Origin: Candidatus Latescibacterota bacterium
GTDB lineage: Bacteria; Latescibacterota; UBA2968; UBA8231
Reading direction: 5' to 3'
Length of the DNA stretch: 64,000 nucleotides
Assembly (NCBI GenBank): GCA_965248265.1
Contig: CBDFJF010000002.1
Location: forward strand, 3,456,001-3,520,000
Below the pieces are notes generated by a model. It searched no databases. It had not been told where the DNA came from and saw only the letters and a list, made by a program, of their open reading frames with translations. The translations under genes were made by a program, and so were the position numbers. Within the stretch, counting starts at the first letter, position 1, and each line of letters begins with the position of its first letter. Shown one piece after another: positions 8,690-19,698 of the stretch.

Positions 8690-9889
8690 ATGCTACGAGT
8701 TTCCATTCGATGGGCGTGTATGGCCGCTCTCGGCATCGGCTTGCTGTCGCCCATCATCAGTTCCTCACCGGCGCATGCGGGCACCGCAAAGACGGTGAGG
8801 GTGACCGGTATGTCCGCCGTGTACGACGGCGACATGGCCGCCGCCTTCGAAGCGGCCAAGAAGTCCGCCCTGCGGCTGGCGGTGGAGGAGGCGATTGGTG
8901 TGTTGGTTTCGGCTCGAACACGTGTGGCCAATTTCGCCGTCATCGACGACGACATTCTGTCGGCAACCACGGGCTACGTGCGGTCCTTCGAGGTGGTGAG
9001 CCAGGGAAGTAACACCAAAGGCGTGTATGAGGTCGTAATCGAAGCGGCGGTCGATCTCGGGGAGCTGCACAGTCAACTCGACGCGCTGGATCTGCTGTTG
9101 GAAGAAGCCGGAAGGCCACGCCTCATATGCGTCGGCGGCGAGTACGTGTTGTCCAATGCGGGTTCCTCGAGAGTGAAGTGGGGCCGCCTGTGCGGGGAGT
9201 TGGGGGCGAGGCTCGCATCGCTGGGCACAGATCTCTTCCAGATTGATGATTTTCATGATGGCGGAGCATCGGAAGACGCAAGTTCGATAGCGGCAACGCC
9301 CTCTGCCAAAGCCGGCGGGATGGCTGAGATTCTAATCGTCGCAACGGCGAGCCTGCAGGCCAATCAAGGCCTATCCTTGCCATTCAGCGATCGTGGCTTG
9401 TCGGATGTTGGGATTCAGTCGGTTGTCGCCGAGATCTCCGCGCGAGCACAGTGGTCGGACACCGGTGAAACACTGGCTTCGGCCACGGCGACCGGTCGAG
9501 GGGCCGACACCTCTTTTCGGACGGCGGCGACGTCAGCGATCGCCGATGCTGCCCCGAAGGTTGCCGAGCAGCTCGGTAGCGCCTTGGTGGAGAAGCTGCG
9601 TTCGAAGTTGTATGATGGGCGTTTGATCGACCTGGAAGTCACTTCTGAGAATGCTCGACAATTACAAACCTTCGAAGCCGAGGTGAATGAGGGCATCGGT
9701 GCGGTCGAGAGACTCTACCCCAAGACACGGTCGCGGACGGATGCGAGTTATCACGCGAGTTATCAGGCACGCTCCAAGGGAACAGCGTTCGATCTCGCGC
9801 GCGAGTTCGCGGCCAAGGGTGTGCCCGAGATGGAAGTTGACATCGTCCGCGTCACCTTGAATTCAATGACCTTGCATCTTTCCGAATGA
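8690..9889 (+). CDS. Exported protein with FlgT N-terminal-like domain
   Basis: Signal peptide ending AHA; AKKSALRLAVEEAIGVLV...TGYVRSFEVV pattern; start uncertain (8654 or 8690). Confidence 0.65.
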   Translation: MLRVSIRWACMAALGIGLLSPIISSSPAHAGTAKTVRVTGMSAVYDGDMAAAFEAAKKSALRLAVEEAIGVLVSARTRVANFAVIDDDILSATTGYVRSFEVVSQGSNTKGVYEVVIEAAVDLGELHSQLDALDLLLEEAGRPRLICVGGEYVLSNAGSSRVKWGRLCGELGARLASLGTDLFQIDDFHDGGASEDASSIAATPSAKAGGMAEILIVATASLQANQGLSLPFSDRGLSDVGIQSVVAEISARAQWSDTGETLASATATGRGADTSFRTAATSAIADAAPKVAEQLGSALVEKLRSKLYDGRLIDLEVTSENARQLQTFEAEVNEGIGAVERLYPKTRSRTDASYHASYQARSKGTAFDLAREFAAKGVPEMEVDIVRVTLNSMTLHLSE

Positions 9890-11253
9890 TTGCGATCAAA
9901 GACATCGAACCAGGCACACTGGGGGAGCGCGCGGGCTTCGTGCGCGGTGATCGCATTTTGAGGATCAACGGGGCGGCCATTGACGATCTGATCGATTTTC
10001 AAGTGAACAGCTCGGAGGACGTGCTGACCATCGAAGTAGAGCGCGCTGAGGAGGTGTACGAGCTCGAAGTAGAGCGCGCCGCGGGAGAGTCCTTCGGCCT
10101 TTCGTTCGAAGAGATGCGCCTGCGGCGGTGCAACAACAAGTGTGTGTTCTGTTTCCTGCACCAAATGCCGGGCGGCATGCGCCGCAGCCTGTATTTCGAG
10201 GACGACGACTACCGACTTTCCTTCTTGCATGGTTCCTACGTGACGCTCACCAACATCGCTGACAAGGACCTCGAGCGCATCGCCGAACAGAGGTTGTCAC
10301 CGCAGTACATTTCCGTACATGCCACGGACCCTGAGCTCCGGCAGCAGATGCTGGGGCGTCGCAAGGTGACTCCGTCGATACTGTCGCGTATCGATTGGTT
10401 GGCAGCGCATGACATCGAGATGCACGTCCAGGTGGTTCTGTGTCCGGGATGGAACGATGGAGAGGCGTTGGAGCACACTCTAAACGATCTCAAAGGCTAC
10501 TATCCAGCCGTCAGGTCCGTCGCCCTCGTCCCGGTGGGCCTTACTCGGTTCCGCTCGCATCTTCCCGAGCTGCAGGCGGTGGACGATCACAAGGCTGCGG
10601 AGTACCTGGAGCAGGCCGAGGGGTGGGGTGATCGATGCCGTGATGAGCTCGGCGAACGCATGGTGTTTGCAGCGGACGAGCTCTTCCTGCGATGCCGCGG
10701 TACTGTTCCGGACGCCGGTTACTACAGCGATTTCCCACAGATAGAGAACGGGATCGGCATCGTACGGGATTTTCTCGACTCGTGGGAAGCGGGCCGGACG
10801 ACCCTGCCTGAGTCTATTCTTCCGGAGCGCTTGCACCTGGCTGTGGTCACGGGACAACTGGCGCGCCTGTTTCTGGCGCCGGCGATCGCCCAGGCCCAGC
10901 AGATTGCTGGTCTACGGATCGAGTTGATTGCTTTGGAGAACGATTACTTCGGCCATGGCATCACGGTCTCCGGTTTGCTCACCGGAGCTGACATTGAGAC
11001 GCGCATCAGGGGCGGCGCGTGGGATTTGGTATTATTGCCACCCAATTGTATAAACGGTGACGGCTTGACCCTCGACGATGTGACCATACCTGAGTTGGAG
11101 CGGCGATGTGGGGTACCCATCACTGTTGGGGACTACGATCTCGCCGCGACGCTCAAGCGTTGCGTGGTGGGTGGGGAAGCCAAGTTGCACGGTCGGGGCA
11201 GACAGCTCTCGGAGTTGGGATTTACGATCAAAAGCGAGGGGGGAGCCTCGTAG
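9886..11253 (+). CDS. PDZ-like plus radical-SAM-like DUF512 Fe-S protein
   Basis: CNNKCVFC, DDDYRLSFLHGSYVTLTN, QIENGIG, TVSGLLTG; typically found upstream of der. Confidence 0.9.
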   Translation: MIAIKDIEPGTLGERAGFVRGDRILRINGAAIDDLIDFQVNSSEDVLTIEVERAEEVYELEVERAAGESFGLSFEEMRLRRCNNKCVFCFLHQMPGGMRRSLYFEDDDYRLSFLHGSYVTLTNIADKDLERIAEQRLSPQYISVHATDPELRQQMLGRRKVTPSILSRIDWLAAHDIEMHVQVVLCPGWNDGEALEHTLNDLKGYYPAVRSVALVPVGLTRFRSHLPELQAVDDHKAAEYLEQAEGWGDRCRDELGERMVFAADELFLRCRGTVPDAGYYSDFPQIENGIGIVRDFLDSWEAGRTTLPESILPERLHLAVVTGQLARLFLAPAIAQAQQIAGLRIELIALENDYFGHGITVSGLLTGADIETRIRGGAWDLVLLPPNCINGDGLTLDDVTIPELERRCGVPITVGDYDLAATLKRCVVGGEAKLHGRGRQLSELGFTIKSEGGAS

Positions 11254-11260
11254 GCCGCCG

Positions 11261-12637
11261 ATGGATGTCGGCGACAGCCTGTCAGGGCGAACAGCACCTT
11301 CAGCCCCCTGGAAACGCCCGCTCGTCGTCATTGTCGGGAGGCCCAATGTTGGCAAGTCAACACTGTTCAACCGTCTTGCCGGAGGGCGCAGGGCGATCAC
11401 GGACGACCAGCCGGGAGTCACCCGTGATTGTGTATTCGCCCAAGTTGAGTGGGGAGGCCGCGAATTCACCCTGGTGGATACCGGAGGCTTCCTGCCGCGC
11501 TCCAAGGATGCTATAGAGCAGGCAGTCCGGCACCAGGCGGAGCGCGTCTTGGAGGAGGCTGACCTCGCTGTGTTGGTATGTGACGGTACCAGCGGAGTGA
11601 CCGATATGGACGCGGACGTGGCCGAGGTATTGCGCCGTCGTTCCCGACCCAGTGTCGTCGTCGTCAACAAGCTTGACGCTCCCGAACACGGTCGCTTCGG
11701 TGGGGACGAGTTCTACGCCTTGGGGTTGGGCGATCCTGTCGGGGTTTCGGCGGCAACGGGCAGACGCTCCGGGGACCTTCTGGATGCCATCGTCGAACAG
11801 TGTGCTGACCCGTTGGTCGAGCAAACCGAGCCCTCGAGCTGCATTCGGGTCGTGATCAGCGGCCGGCCCAACGTGGGCAAATCGACCCTAGTCAATCATC
11901 TCGTCGGGGACCAGGTTCGAATCGTTCACGACAGCCCGGGAACCACGAGGGATTCTGCCGATGTTCGCTTCGAGTGGTCGGGCCAGGATATCGTACTCAT
12001 CGACACTGCTGGCCTACGCCGGCGTGCCAAGATCGACAACCAGATCGAATACTACAGCACCCTGCGAGCCAGCAGAAGCATTGCCAGTGCCGATGTGGCC
12101 ATCATCCTTCTTGATGCCTTGGAGGGCCCGACGCTGCAGGATGGTCGTATCATGGCGCAGGTGATGGAGGCCGGCAGGGCGATGGTGGTTGCTCTCAACA
12201 AATGGGACGAAGTAGATCCTGAACGTCGTGATGTTGAGGTGGTTACCGAAGATCTACGGGCGCGATTTCCCTTTCTTCTAGACTTTCCGGTTATTACTAT
12301 TTCGGCTCTTACAGGAAGGCGCGTGCGAAGGCTCCTGGACAGCGCACTGCAGGTGCATGGGAGTTACACGACTCGAATTCCAACGGCGACCTTGAATGCA
12401 TGTATCAGTGCCGCGACCACTCAGTTGGCGCCGACCGGACAGGGTCGGGAAATCAAGATACTGTATGCTACCCAACACGGAGTCGCCCCTCCGACGTTTA
12501 TCATTTTCGCGAACCGTCCAGATCTGATCACTGATGCCTACAAGCGATATCTCGAGAAAAGCCTGCGCCGGGAGTTCGGTTTTGACGGAACCCCTCTGCG
12601 TCTATTCCTGCGACGGCGCAAAGGGCGTAGTAACTGA
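11261..12637 (+). CDS. der: Ribosome biogenesis GTPase Der (EngA)
   Basis: Two GRPNVGKS G-domains, DTGG/DTAG, C-terminal KH-like FGFDGTPL. Confidence 0.97.
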   Translation: MDVGDSLSGRTAPSAPWKRPLVVIVGRPNVGKSTLFNRLAGGRRAITDDQPGVTRDCVFAQVEWGGREFTLVDTGGFLPRSKDAIEQAVRHQAERVLEEADLAVLVCDGTSGVTDMDADVAEVLRRRSRPSVVVVNKLDAPEHGRFGGDEFYALGLGDPVGVSAATGRRSGDLLDAIVEQCADPLVEQTEPSSCIRVVISGRPNVGKSTLVNHLVGDQVRIVHDSPGTTRDSADVRFEWSGQDIVLIDTAGLRRRAKIDNQIEYYSTLRASRSIASADVAIILLDALEGPTLQDGRIMAQVMEAGRAMVVALNKWDEVDPERRDVEVVTEDLRARFPFLLDFPVITISALTGRRVRRLLDSALQVHGSYTTRIPTATLNACISAATTQLAPTGQGREIKILYATQHGVAPPTFIIFANRPDLITDAYKRYLEKSLRREFGFDGTPLRLFLRRRKGRSN

Positions 12638-12682
12638 GACCCGGGTGGAGGATGCACGGATGGAAGCGACTGGAGCCACATC

Positions 12683-13198
12683 GTGAGACGCCCCTTGGGC
12701 CGAAAGCTGTACTACAGCATCGGGGAAGTGTCTGAGCTCACGCAGCTGCAGCCCTACACCCTCAGGGCCTGGGAGAAGGAATTCTCCTGTTTGCGCCCGC
12801 GGCGCGTTCGAGGCAAGAACCGGGCATACCGCGAGCGTGATATCGGCATCATCCTGCTGATTAAACGCCTGTTGTATGAAGAGCGCTACTCCACCCGAGG
12901 AGTCCGCCAGAAGCTCAAGAAGGATCCTGAGCTGATCCAGCGCGCCGTCGATGCGGCGGCAAGACTGACGACAGCGCCACGAGGGAGTGCTCCGGACTTT
13001 GCTCTCGATGCAGTCAAGGACGACAACGATGCCGGACAAGCGCCCGTGGATGAAGAGACATCTGTTCAAAATCCACCTTCCGGTGCCGTTGACCCGGGTC
13101 GCCAAGCAGATCCCTCTTCTGCTTCCAGTGAAGAGCTCAAGGACTGGATCGAAGAAATAAAGCAGGATCTTCACGCGGCCATCAAACTTCTCGCGTAA
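12683..13198 (+). CDS. MerR-family HTH transcriptional regulator
   Basis: YYSIGEVSELT...TLRAWEKEF...RAYRERDI. Confidence 0.9.
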   Translation: MRRPLGRKLYYSIGEVSELTQLQPYTLRAWEKEFSCLRPRRVRGKNRAYRERDIGIILLIKRLLYEERYSTRGVRQKLKKDPELIQRAVDAAARLTTAPRGSAPDFALDAVKDDNDAGQAPVDEETSVQNPPSGAVDPGRQADPSSASSEELKDWIEEIKQDLHAAIKLLA

Positions 13199-13301
13199 CC
13201 CACTGCCGCAAAATGGGTTGCAGGGATTACTTAGCATCCCCTGTCACATTCCCTTGATTAAATCCATATATGGACCTATGTTTCAAGGATCCGTTCTATT
13301 C

Positions 13302-13351
13302 AGGACCCTCCGAAAGGAGGGTCCTCCAGGACCGGGCTTGTAGCCCGTTTT
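13302..13351 (+). promoter_or_regulatory. Structured rimP leader (two hairpins)
   Basis: AGGACCCTCC-GAAA-GGAGGGTCCT then CGGGCT-TGT-AGCCCG-TTTT, resembling the hairpin usually found before rimP. Confidence 0.6.
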
Positions 13352-13375
13352 GTGTAGTAGGGAGCCCGAGGCTGA

Positions 13376-13849
13376 TTGCCTGACACCGTCCCAAAACTCG
13401 ACGACCGAGCCAGGCTGAAATCGGCGCTTGCCGCCCTGGTTTCACCGGTCGTGGAAGACCACGATCTAGAACTCGTCGATGTGGAGTTGCGTGGAAGTTC
13501 GAACAACCAGACGGTCAGGATTCTCGTACACAGAGATTCCGGGGTCATGCTGAATGACTGCGAGGCCATTAGCCGCGAACTCGGCGACCTCTTCGACATC
13601 GAGGATCCGGTACCCGGGCGCTATCGCCTCGAAGTCACTTCGCCCGGTTTGGATCGTCCCTTGACGACGGATCGAGATTTCCAGCGTGCCTCTTCAAAAC
13701 GCCTCAAGGTCGTGCTCGTATCAGGTGGTACGCGATTTGGCCGTTTGAACGGCTGGGACAGTGAAAACATAACGCTTGAGACGGACGCCGGGCCGGAGGA
13801 GATTTCGCGCGGCCACATCGCCAGAGCGACTGTGGAAGTCGAGTTGTGA
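13376..13849 (+). CDS. rimP: Ribosome maturation factor RimP
   Basis: YRLEVTSPGLDRPL; upstream of nusA. Confidence 0.95.
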   Translation: MPDTVPKLDDRARLKSALAALVSPVVEDHDLELVDVELRGSSNNQTVRILVHRDSGVMLNDCEAISRELGDLFDIEDPVPGRYRLEVTSPGLDRPLTTDRDFQRASSKRLKVVLVSGGTRFGRLNGWDSENITLETDAGPEEISRGHIARATVEVEL

Positions 13850-13871
13850 GCGACAACAAAATCGGTGGGTA

Positions 13872-15494
13872 ATGAATAACCTCAATATCGTAGAAGCACT
13901 GAGCCAGGTAGCACGCGAGAAGAACGTGGATCGCGAGATGGTTATCGAGACGCTCACGGACGCGCTGGTTTCGGCTGCCAAGAAGCGCTATGGCAATACC
14001 GAGAATTTTGAAGTACAACTGGACGCCGACACAGGCAGCATGGCCGTTCTCGCTCGCAAGACGGTAGTCGAAGAGGTCAACGAACCCGAACTCGAAATCG
14101 AGCTGGAAGAGGCCAGAACGTTAGACGAAGAAGCTCAACTGGGGTCGGTTGTGTTCGAGGAACTCAACCTGGCCGACTTCGGGCGAAACGCCATCCAAGC
14201 CGCCAAGCAGATACTCGTCCAACGTGTACGGGAGGCGGAGAGGGAGCGCATCTACCACGAGTTTAGTGGCCGGGTTGCCCAGATAGAATCGGGCACCGTG
14301 CAACAGATCAGCCACGGTGATATCGTCATGAATCTCGGACGCGCCGAAGCCGCGATCCCACTGAAGGAACAGATTCGACGTGAACGTTACCGCCAGGGCG
14401 ATACCATCCGTGGGTACATCTATGAAGTATTGCAATCGACGCGAGGGCCGCAGGTCTTGCTGTCGCGCACCCATCCTGAGTTTTTGCGGCGGCTGTTCGT
14501 TCTGGAGGTGCCTGAGATATCCGAAGGCATCGTCGAGATCCATGCGGTTGCACGGGAGCCGGGCGAGCGTGCCAAGATTGCCGTGAGTTCGAACGATGAG
14601 CGGGTCGATCCCGTGGGAGCTTGCGTCGGAGTCAAGGGGTCTCGAGTACAGGCGATCGTGCGTGAGTTGAGTGGCGAGCGCATCGACATCGTGCCATGGA
14701 TCGACGAGCCTGAGGTGTTCATAGGCAGGGCGTTGAGTCCGGCCACGGTCTCTCGCGTGATTCTCGATCACCGACGCCACCATGCCAGCGTCATCGTCGA
14801 CCAGGACCAGCTTTCGCTATCGATCGGCCGCTCCGGACAGAATTCTCGGCTGGCCGTCCAGCTTACCGGCTGGGGGTTGGATATTATCACCGACGAGGAG
14901 TATCAGAGTCGACGCGTGATTCTCGAAGAGAGCCAGGAAGAGCTGAGGCGATTACCCGGAGTGAGCGAATTGATAGCACTCAGTCTGGCGACGTCCGGTT
15001 TCTTCTCGATTCGTGCCGTGGCAGAATCTGATGTGCCGATGCTGACCACAGTACCAGGTGTCGAGGGAGAAGCCGAACAGCTGAAGCAGTCCGCAGAGGA
15101 ATACGTGAGCGCTGCCCAGGCACGAGGCGAAACGCTGCGTGGCGTGACCCTGGAGGAGGTACAGCCAGCGCCGGTTGAAGAGGAGATCGCTGAGGAGGAA
15201 GTTGAGGAGGCATCGGGATCCGAGTCCGATGACGCGGTCACCGTCGATGAGGCTCCAGATTCTGATTCCGTTTCCAGTGACAGTGAGACGGTTGTTGCAG
15301 TTGACGACGCTCCGGATTCGTCGGAAGTCTCGGACGAGGTAGTGATCTCGGACGAGGTAACGGCAACTGCAGAAGCCGCCGATGAAACAGCGGCAAGCAG
15401 TGACAAAGACGCCTCCGCTGAGGAGGCGGGCGCGGTGACAATTCCCCCTGTTGTGGGGGAAGGAAACGACGATGAGGCCGAGGAAGCGGGCTGA
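13872..15494 (+). CDS. nusA: Transcription factor NusA with long acidic tail
   Basis: FGRNAIQAAKQ, AREPGERAKIAV, DPVGACVGVKGSR; start set to ATG 13872. Confidence 0.97.
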   Translation: MNNLNIVEALSQVAREKNVDREMVIETLTDALVSAAKKRYGNTENFEVQLDADTGSMAVLARKTVVEEVNEPELEIELEEARTLDEEAQLGSVVFEELNLADFGRNAIQAAKQILVQRVREAERERIYHEFSGRVAQIESGTVQQISHGDIVMNLGRAEAAIPLKEQIRRERYRQGDTIRGYIYEVLQSTRGPQVLLSRTHPEFLRRLFVLEVPEISEGIVEIHAVAREPGERAKIAVSSNDERVDPVGACVGVKGSRVQAIVRELSGERIDIVPWIDEPEVFIGRALSPATVSRVILDHRRHHASVIVDQDQLSLSIGRSGQNSRLAVQLTGWGLDIITDEEYQSRRVILEESQEELRRLPGVSELIALSLATSGFFSIRAVAESDVPMLTTVPGVEGEAEQLKQSAEEYVSAAQARGETLRGVTLEEVQPAPVEEEIAEEEVEEASGSESDDAVTVDEAPDSDSVSSDSETVVAVDDAPDSSEVSDEVVISDEVTATAEAADETAASSDKDASAEEAGAVTIPPVVGEGNDDEAEEAG

Positions 15495-15588
15495 ACAGAC
15501 AGGTGTTTTTCCTGGCCGCGGCATCCAGCCCGCGACGCCAGGCGCAAACTGACGCTGGTGAGTTAAGAAAGCAAGGCGGTTATCCCGA

Positions 15589-17988
15589 GTGGACAAACGC
15601 AGGGTATATCAGGTAGCCAAGGACAAGAAACTCTCGAGTGACGCGCTCATCTCGATGCTCCGGACCATGGGGCATGAGGTGAAGAGCCATATGAGCGTGG
15701 TCACTGAGGACATGCTGACCGCGATCACGAGCAAGATCGAGGAAGAGAAAAAGTCTTCGATCGAAGAGGTTCAGCGGCAGCGTGAAAAAGAGGAGTCGCG
15801 CAAGAAGGAGGCGGCCAAGGCCCGTCGCGAGCGTGAGACTCCGCAGCCAGCGGCAGGACCGTCCGGAGGGGGAACGGCTTCTAGGTCCAAGTCGATTGAG
15901 CGAATCGCGGCAGATGGGCCGGCACGGGGGGTGACAGACGGGCGACGCAGGCGACGGGGAAAGCGCGACGATGCTGCCGGGCCAGTAGCACGCGAAGATG
16001 GGGCAGGGGGAGGAGCAAGTAGGTCGGCGCGGAGGACGGGGACCAGCGGACCGCCACCACCTGGAGTGGGCGGCCGAGGTCGTGGCGGGGGAGGTCAGCG
16101 TCGTCGCCAAAAGGTGGACGCGCAATCGGTACAGGATACGGTTAGGAAGACACTGTCGCAGATAGCCGAAGGACGCACTCGGCGGCGGTACGACCGTGGC
16201 GCAAAGGAGGACGGTGAAGAGGGTTCCGGTGAGAACGAACTGCTGCTCGTGCGCGAGTTTTCCACGGTTGGCGAAATAGCCGAGCAGATGGGATGCAAAC
16301 CTGCCGAGGTGATCGCCGCCTGCCTGGAGCTTGGCGTCGTCGTCAACATCAATCAACGCCTCGATATGGACACGATCGTCACGGTTGCCGATGAATTCGG
16401 CTTCGAGGCCAAACCGCTCGAGGAGGAGCAAGAGCTCCTGCTGGAAGAGCCCGATGACGATGAAGACGTCGGCACCCCGGAGTCGCGGTCGCCGGTAGTG
16501 ACCGTTATGGGGCACGTCGACCATGGCAAAACCTCGCTGCTGGATTATCTGCGAAAAAGTGACGTGGCGGCCGGTGAATCTGGAGGGATTACGCAACACA
16601 TTGGTGCCTATGTCGTGCACTCGAACGATCGCGCCATAACCTTCCTCGATACCCCGGGACACGCGGCCTTCACGGCGATGCGTGCCCGCGGCGCACGGGT
16701 CACCGATCTGGTAATCCTCGTTGTCGCAGCAGACGATAGCGTAATGCCTCAAACGATTGAGGCCATCGACCATGCCAAGGCCGCAGGTGTACCCATCGTC
16801 GTGGCCATCAACAAGATTGATCTGCCGACAGCTGACGTCGACCGCATCAAGCGTGAGTTGGGCGAGCGCGGCGTGCTATTGGAGGACTGGGGCGGCAAGG
16901 TGCCCTGCGCCGAGATTTCGGCGATCAACGGCACCGGCATCGATAAATTGCTCGAACTGGTCATACTGGAGGCGGAACTGCAGGAACTGAAGGCCACACC
17001 GGATCGACGGGCGCGCGGGACCATCATCGAGGCCCAGCTGGACAAGGGCAGGGGGCCGGTGGCGACCGTCCTGGTTCAGGAAGGGACCCTCCAGGTCGGA
17101 GATCCGTTCGTTACCGGCGTTCACGGAGGGCGAGTGAGAGCTCTCCTTGACGAGCACCTGACCAAGTCCAAAGTGGCAGGGCCGTCGATGCCGGTTCAAG
17201 TGCTGGGCCTGTCGGGGGTTCCTCAGGCGGGTGATACCTTTTCCGTGACAGCTACCGAACGCGAGGCGCGCGACATCGTCTTGAAGCGCCAGCAGATGAA
17301 GAGGGAACAGGACTCTCGTCGTACCAAGGCTGTCACGCTCGGTGACCTGCACTACCAGATTCAGGAAGGCAAGATCAAGGAACTCAACGTCGTCGTTAAG
17401 GGTGATGTCGATGGTTCCGTCGAAGCGATCAATCAGGAATTGGGCGGCATAACGCACGAGGAAGTTCGTATCTCCATCATTCACAGCGCGGTCGGTCCGA
17501 TTTCTGAATCGGATGTGTTGCTGGCTTCCGCCTCCAACGCCATCATCATCGGCTTCGGGGTCACGACAGAAGCGAATGCCCGAGACACGGCGGTGCGGAG
17601 TGGCGTTGATATTCGCAACTACAACATCATTTACGAGGTCGTGGAGGAACTGCGAGCGGCGCTGTCCGGACTGTTGTCACCCAAACTGGAAGTGCGCGTG
17701 ATCGGCGAGGTTCAGGTAAGACAGGTGTTTGCATCATCCCGGACTGGGAACATCGCCGGCTGCGTGGTGCGTTCGGGCAAGATAACCCGCAACAATCGTG
17801 TCCGCGTGATGCGGGCTGGTGAGAACGTGTTCGAAGGGGATATCGCGTCGCTGAGGCGTTTCAAGGATGACGTGCGCGAGGTTCTCGAAGGGTACGAGTG
17901 TGGTGTGGCTCTCGAAGGCTGGGATGATGTTGCCGAAGAGGATGTTGTCGAAGTCCTGGAAGTCGTCGAGTCGGCGAGGACACTGTAG
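15589..17988 (+). CDS. infB: Translation initiation factor IF-2
   Basis: [28 protein letters not shown]. Confidence 0.98.
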   Translation: MDKRRVYQVAKDKKLSSDALISMLRTMGHEVKSHMSVVTEDMLTAITSKIEEEKKSSIEEVQRQREKEESRKKEAAKARRERETPQPAAGPSGGGTASRSKSIERIAADGPARGVTDGRRRRRGKRDDAAGPVAREDGAGGGASRSARRTGTSGPPPPGVGGRGRGGGGQRRRQKVDAQSVQDTVRKTLSQIAEGRTRRRYDRGAKEDGEEGSGENELLLVREFSTVGEIAEQMGCKPAEVIAACLELGVVVNINQRLDMDTIVTVADEFGFEAKPLEEEQELLLEEPDDDEDVGTPESRSPVVTVMGHVDHGKTSLLDYLRKSDVAAGESGGITQHIGAYVVHSNDRAITFLDTPGHAAFTAMRARGARVTDLVILVVAADDSVMPQTIEAIDHAKAAGVPIVVAINKIDLPTADVDRIKRELGERGVLLEDWGGKVPCAEISAINGTGIDKLLELVILEAELQELKATPDRRARGTIIEAQLDKGRGPVATVLVQEGTLQVGDPFVTGVHGGRVRALLDEHLTKSKVAGPSMPVQVLGLSGVPQAGDTFSVTATEREARDIVLKRQQMKREQDSRRTKAVTLGDLHYQIQEGKIKELNVVVKGDVDGSVEAINQELGGITHEEVRISIIHSAVGPISESDVLLASASNAIIIGFGVTTEANARDTAVRSGVDIRNYNIIYEVVEELRAALSGLLSPKLEVRVIGEVQVRQVFASSRTGNIAGCVVRSGKITRNNRVRVMRAGENVFEGDIASLRRFKDDVREVLEGYECGVALEGWDDVAEEDVVEVLEVVESARTL

Positions 17989-18012
17989 GAATTCGAGTGG
18001 CGAGAGCGTGAC

Positions 18013-18294
18013 GTGGTTGTATTGGTGGGCGAGGTCCAGCTCCATTTGCCCGAGAGTCAGTCGCTCAAAGACAAGCGACAGGTGGTCAAGAGCCTCAAAG
18101 AACGGGTGCGCAACCGCTTCAATGTTTCGATCGCAGAGGTCGATTACCTCGACCTCTGGCAACGCTGCGCCATCGGCATTGCCGTGGTGAGCACGACAAG
18201 GGCACACGCCGACGAGATCCTGTCGAAGGTGGCGGATTTCATCGAAAGCGATGGCAGGGCTCAATTGCTAGAGTTTACCCGCGAAGTCGTGTAG
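18013..18294 (+). CDS. DUF503 (YlxP) family protein
   Basis: SLKDKRQVVKSL...FNVSIAEVD; lies between infB and rbfA. Confidence 0.9.
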   Translation: MVVLVGEVQLHLPESQSLKDKRQVVKSLKERVRNRFNVSIAEVDYLDLWQRCAIGIAVVSTTRAHADEILSKVADFIESDGRAQLLEFTREVV

Positions 18295-18343
18295 CGAGTC
18301 AACGAGAGCATGCTGTTCGAGGGAAGGTGCTCGAGGACAGAGT

Positions 18344-18715
18344 ATGGCGACGACACATCGAGTTCACCGCGTGCGCGAGCAACTTCACCGCGTGCTCAGC
18401 GACATCGTCCGCGCCCTGAAGGATCCGCGGGTACAGTTCGTGACGGTCGTGGATGTAGAGGTGACGCCGGACCTGCGCCACGTGAAAATGTTCTTCAGTG
18501 TACTGGGATCGGAAGACGAGAAGAAGCAGGCACTCCAGGCTCTGGAAAAGGCGAGTGGCCATATTCGACGTGAGGTCTCTGGCAGAGTGAGACTACGCCA
18601 CACGCCGGAAATAACGGTGGCCTACGATGCCACAGCCGAACGGGCGGCCCGCTTGACTGAGTTGATCGATCAGGCGGCCGTGGTCACTGATTTCGCAGAG
18701 GGGGACGGCACGTGA
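18344..18715 (+). CDS. rbfA: Ribosome-binding factor A
   Basis: KDPRV, VTPDLRH, LRHTPEI. Confidence 0.95.
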   Translation: MATTHRVHRVREQLHRVLSDIVRALKDPRVQFVTVVDVEVTPDLRHVKMFFSVLGSEDEKKQALQALEKASGHIRREVSGRVRLRHTPEITVAYDATAERAARLTELIDQAAVVTDFAEGDGT

Positions 18716-19665
18716 GCATGAGTGTCGTTGGGCGGCGTCGAAGTGAAGGAGCGTTGGATGGAATTCTTGCGATTGATAAGGCGATTGGACCCACGTCACA
18801 CGATGTCGTCGCATCGCTGCGCAGGATCCTGGGAATGCGGCGCATCGGTCACTGTGGAACACTGGATCCACTGGCGTCCGGCGTCCTGGTGACTTGTCTT
18901 GGCCGCTATACCCGCTTGAGCCAATGGATCAGCGCGGCTGAGAAGGAGTATGAATCGACCTTTCGCCTGGGTGCGGTGAGTGATACCGGTGACAGCCAGG
19001 GTACGGTCGTTGAGAGGGATGTTTTCGATCCTCCCACGCTGAATCAGATCGATTCAGCGATGATGGCGTTCCGTGGACGCATCCAGCAGGTTCCCCCTGT
19101 CTATTCGGCGGTCAAGATTGGGGGCGTCCGCAGCTATAAACTGGCTCGACGCCAGGAGCAGGCGGCGGCGGCGGCGCGCGAAGTGCACGTTTCCACCTTC
19201 GAGATCATGTCATTCCGCTTTCCCGATCTGAAGGTGCGAGTAGTGTGCTCCAAGGGCACCTATGTCCGGGCCCTGGCCAGCGATCTGGGCGAGAAGCTTG
19301 GATGTGGAGCCTATGTGGAGCAACTCCGCCGTATAAGGGCAGGCACCGTCGACGAACGGGATGCGATCAGCCTGGATGAAGTCGAAAGACGCATGGGCGA
19401 TGGGGAAGAAATCCAGCGGTCGTTCACTTCGCCCAAGGACGCCCTGCGTCCACTACCGGTTGTGACTTTACCAGTTGCTCCGTTGTCCGCTTTCATGCAC
19501 GGCAATGCTGTTTCCATCCACGGCGAAGGCACACATGGGGTATCCGAGCTCGCTGCCGGGTCTCAGTGTGCGGTCTTCGATGAGGGCGAACGTTTGTGTG
19601 GCGTCGGCGAGTGGCGGGGAAGGGAAGGCGGTCTTCGACCGTTGAAGGTGCTGGCTGAACCATGA
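18712..19665 (+). CDS. truB: tRNA pseudouridine(55) synthase
   Basis: GHCGTLDPLASG, QVPPVYSAVK, CSKGTYVR. Confidence 0.96.
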   Translation: MSMSVVGRRRSEGALDGILAIDKAIGPTSHDVVASLRRILGMRRIGHCGTLDPLASGVLVTCLGRYTRLSQWISAAEKEYESTFRLGAVSDTGDSQGTVVERDVFDPPTLNQIDSAMMAFRGRIQQVPPVYSAVKIGGVRSYKLARRQEQAAAAAREVHVSTFEIMSFRFPDLKVRVVCSKGTYVRALASDLGEKLGCGAYVEQLRRIRAGTVDERDAISLDEVERRMGDGEEIQRSFTSPKDALRPLPVVTLPVAPLSAFMHGNAVSIHGEGTHGVSELAAGSQCAVFDEGERLCGVGEWRGREGGLRPLKVLAEP

Positions 19666-19698
19666 GTGATTTCGGCGTACTCGGAAAGAGTTGGTGGG

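Noticed and set aside
15150-15494. NusA acidic tail as a frameshift or fusion
   Set aside because: The frame is continuous, and acidic NusA extensions are common.
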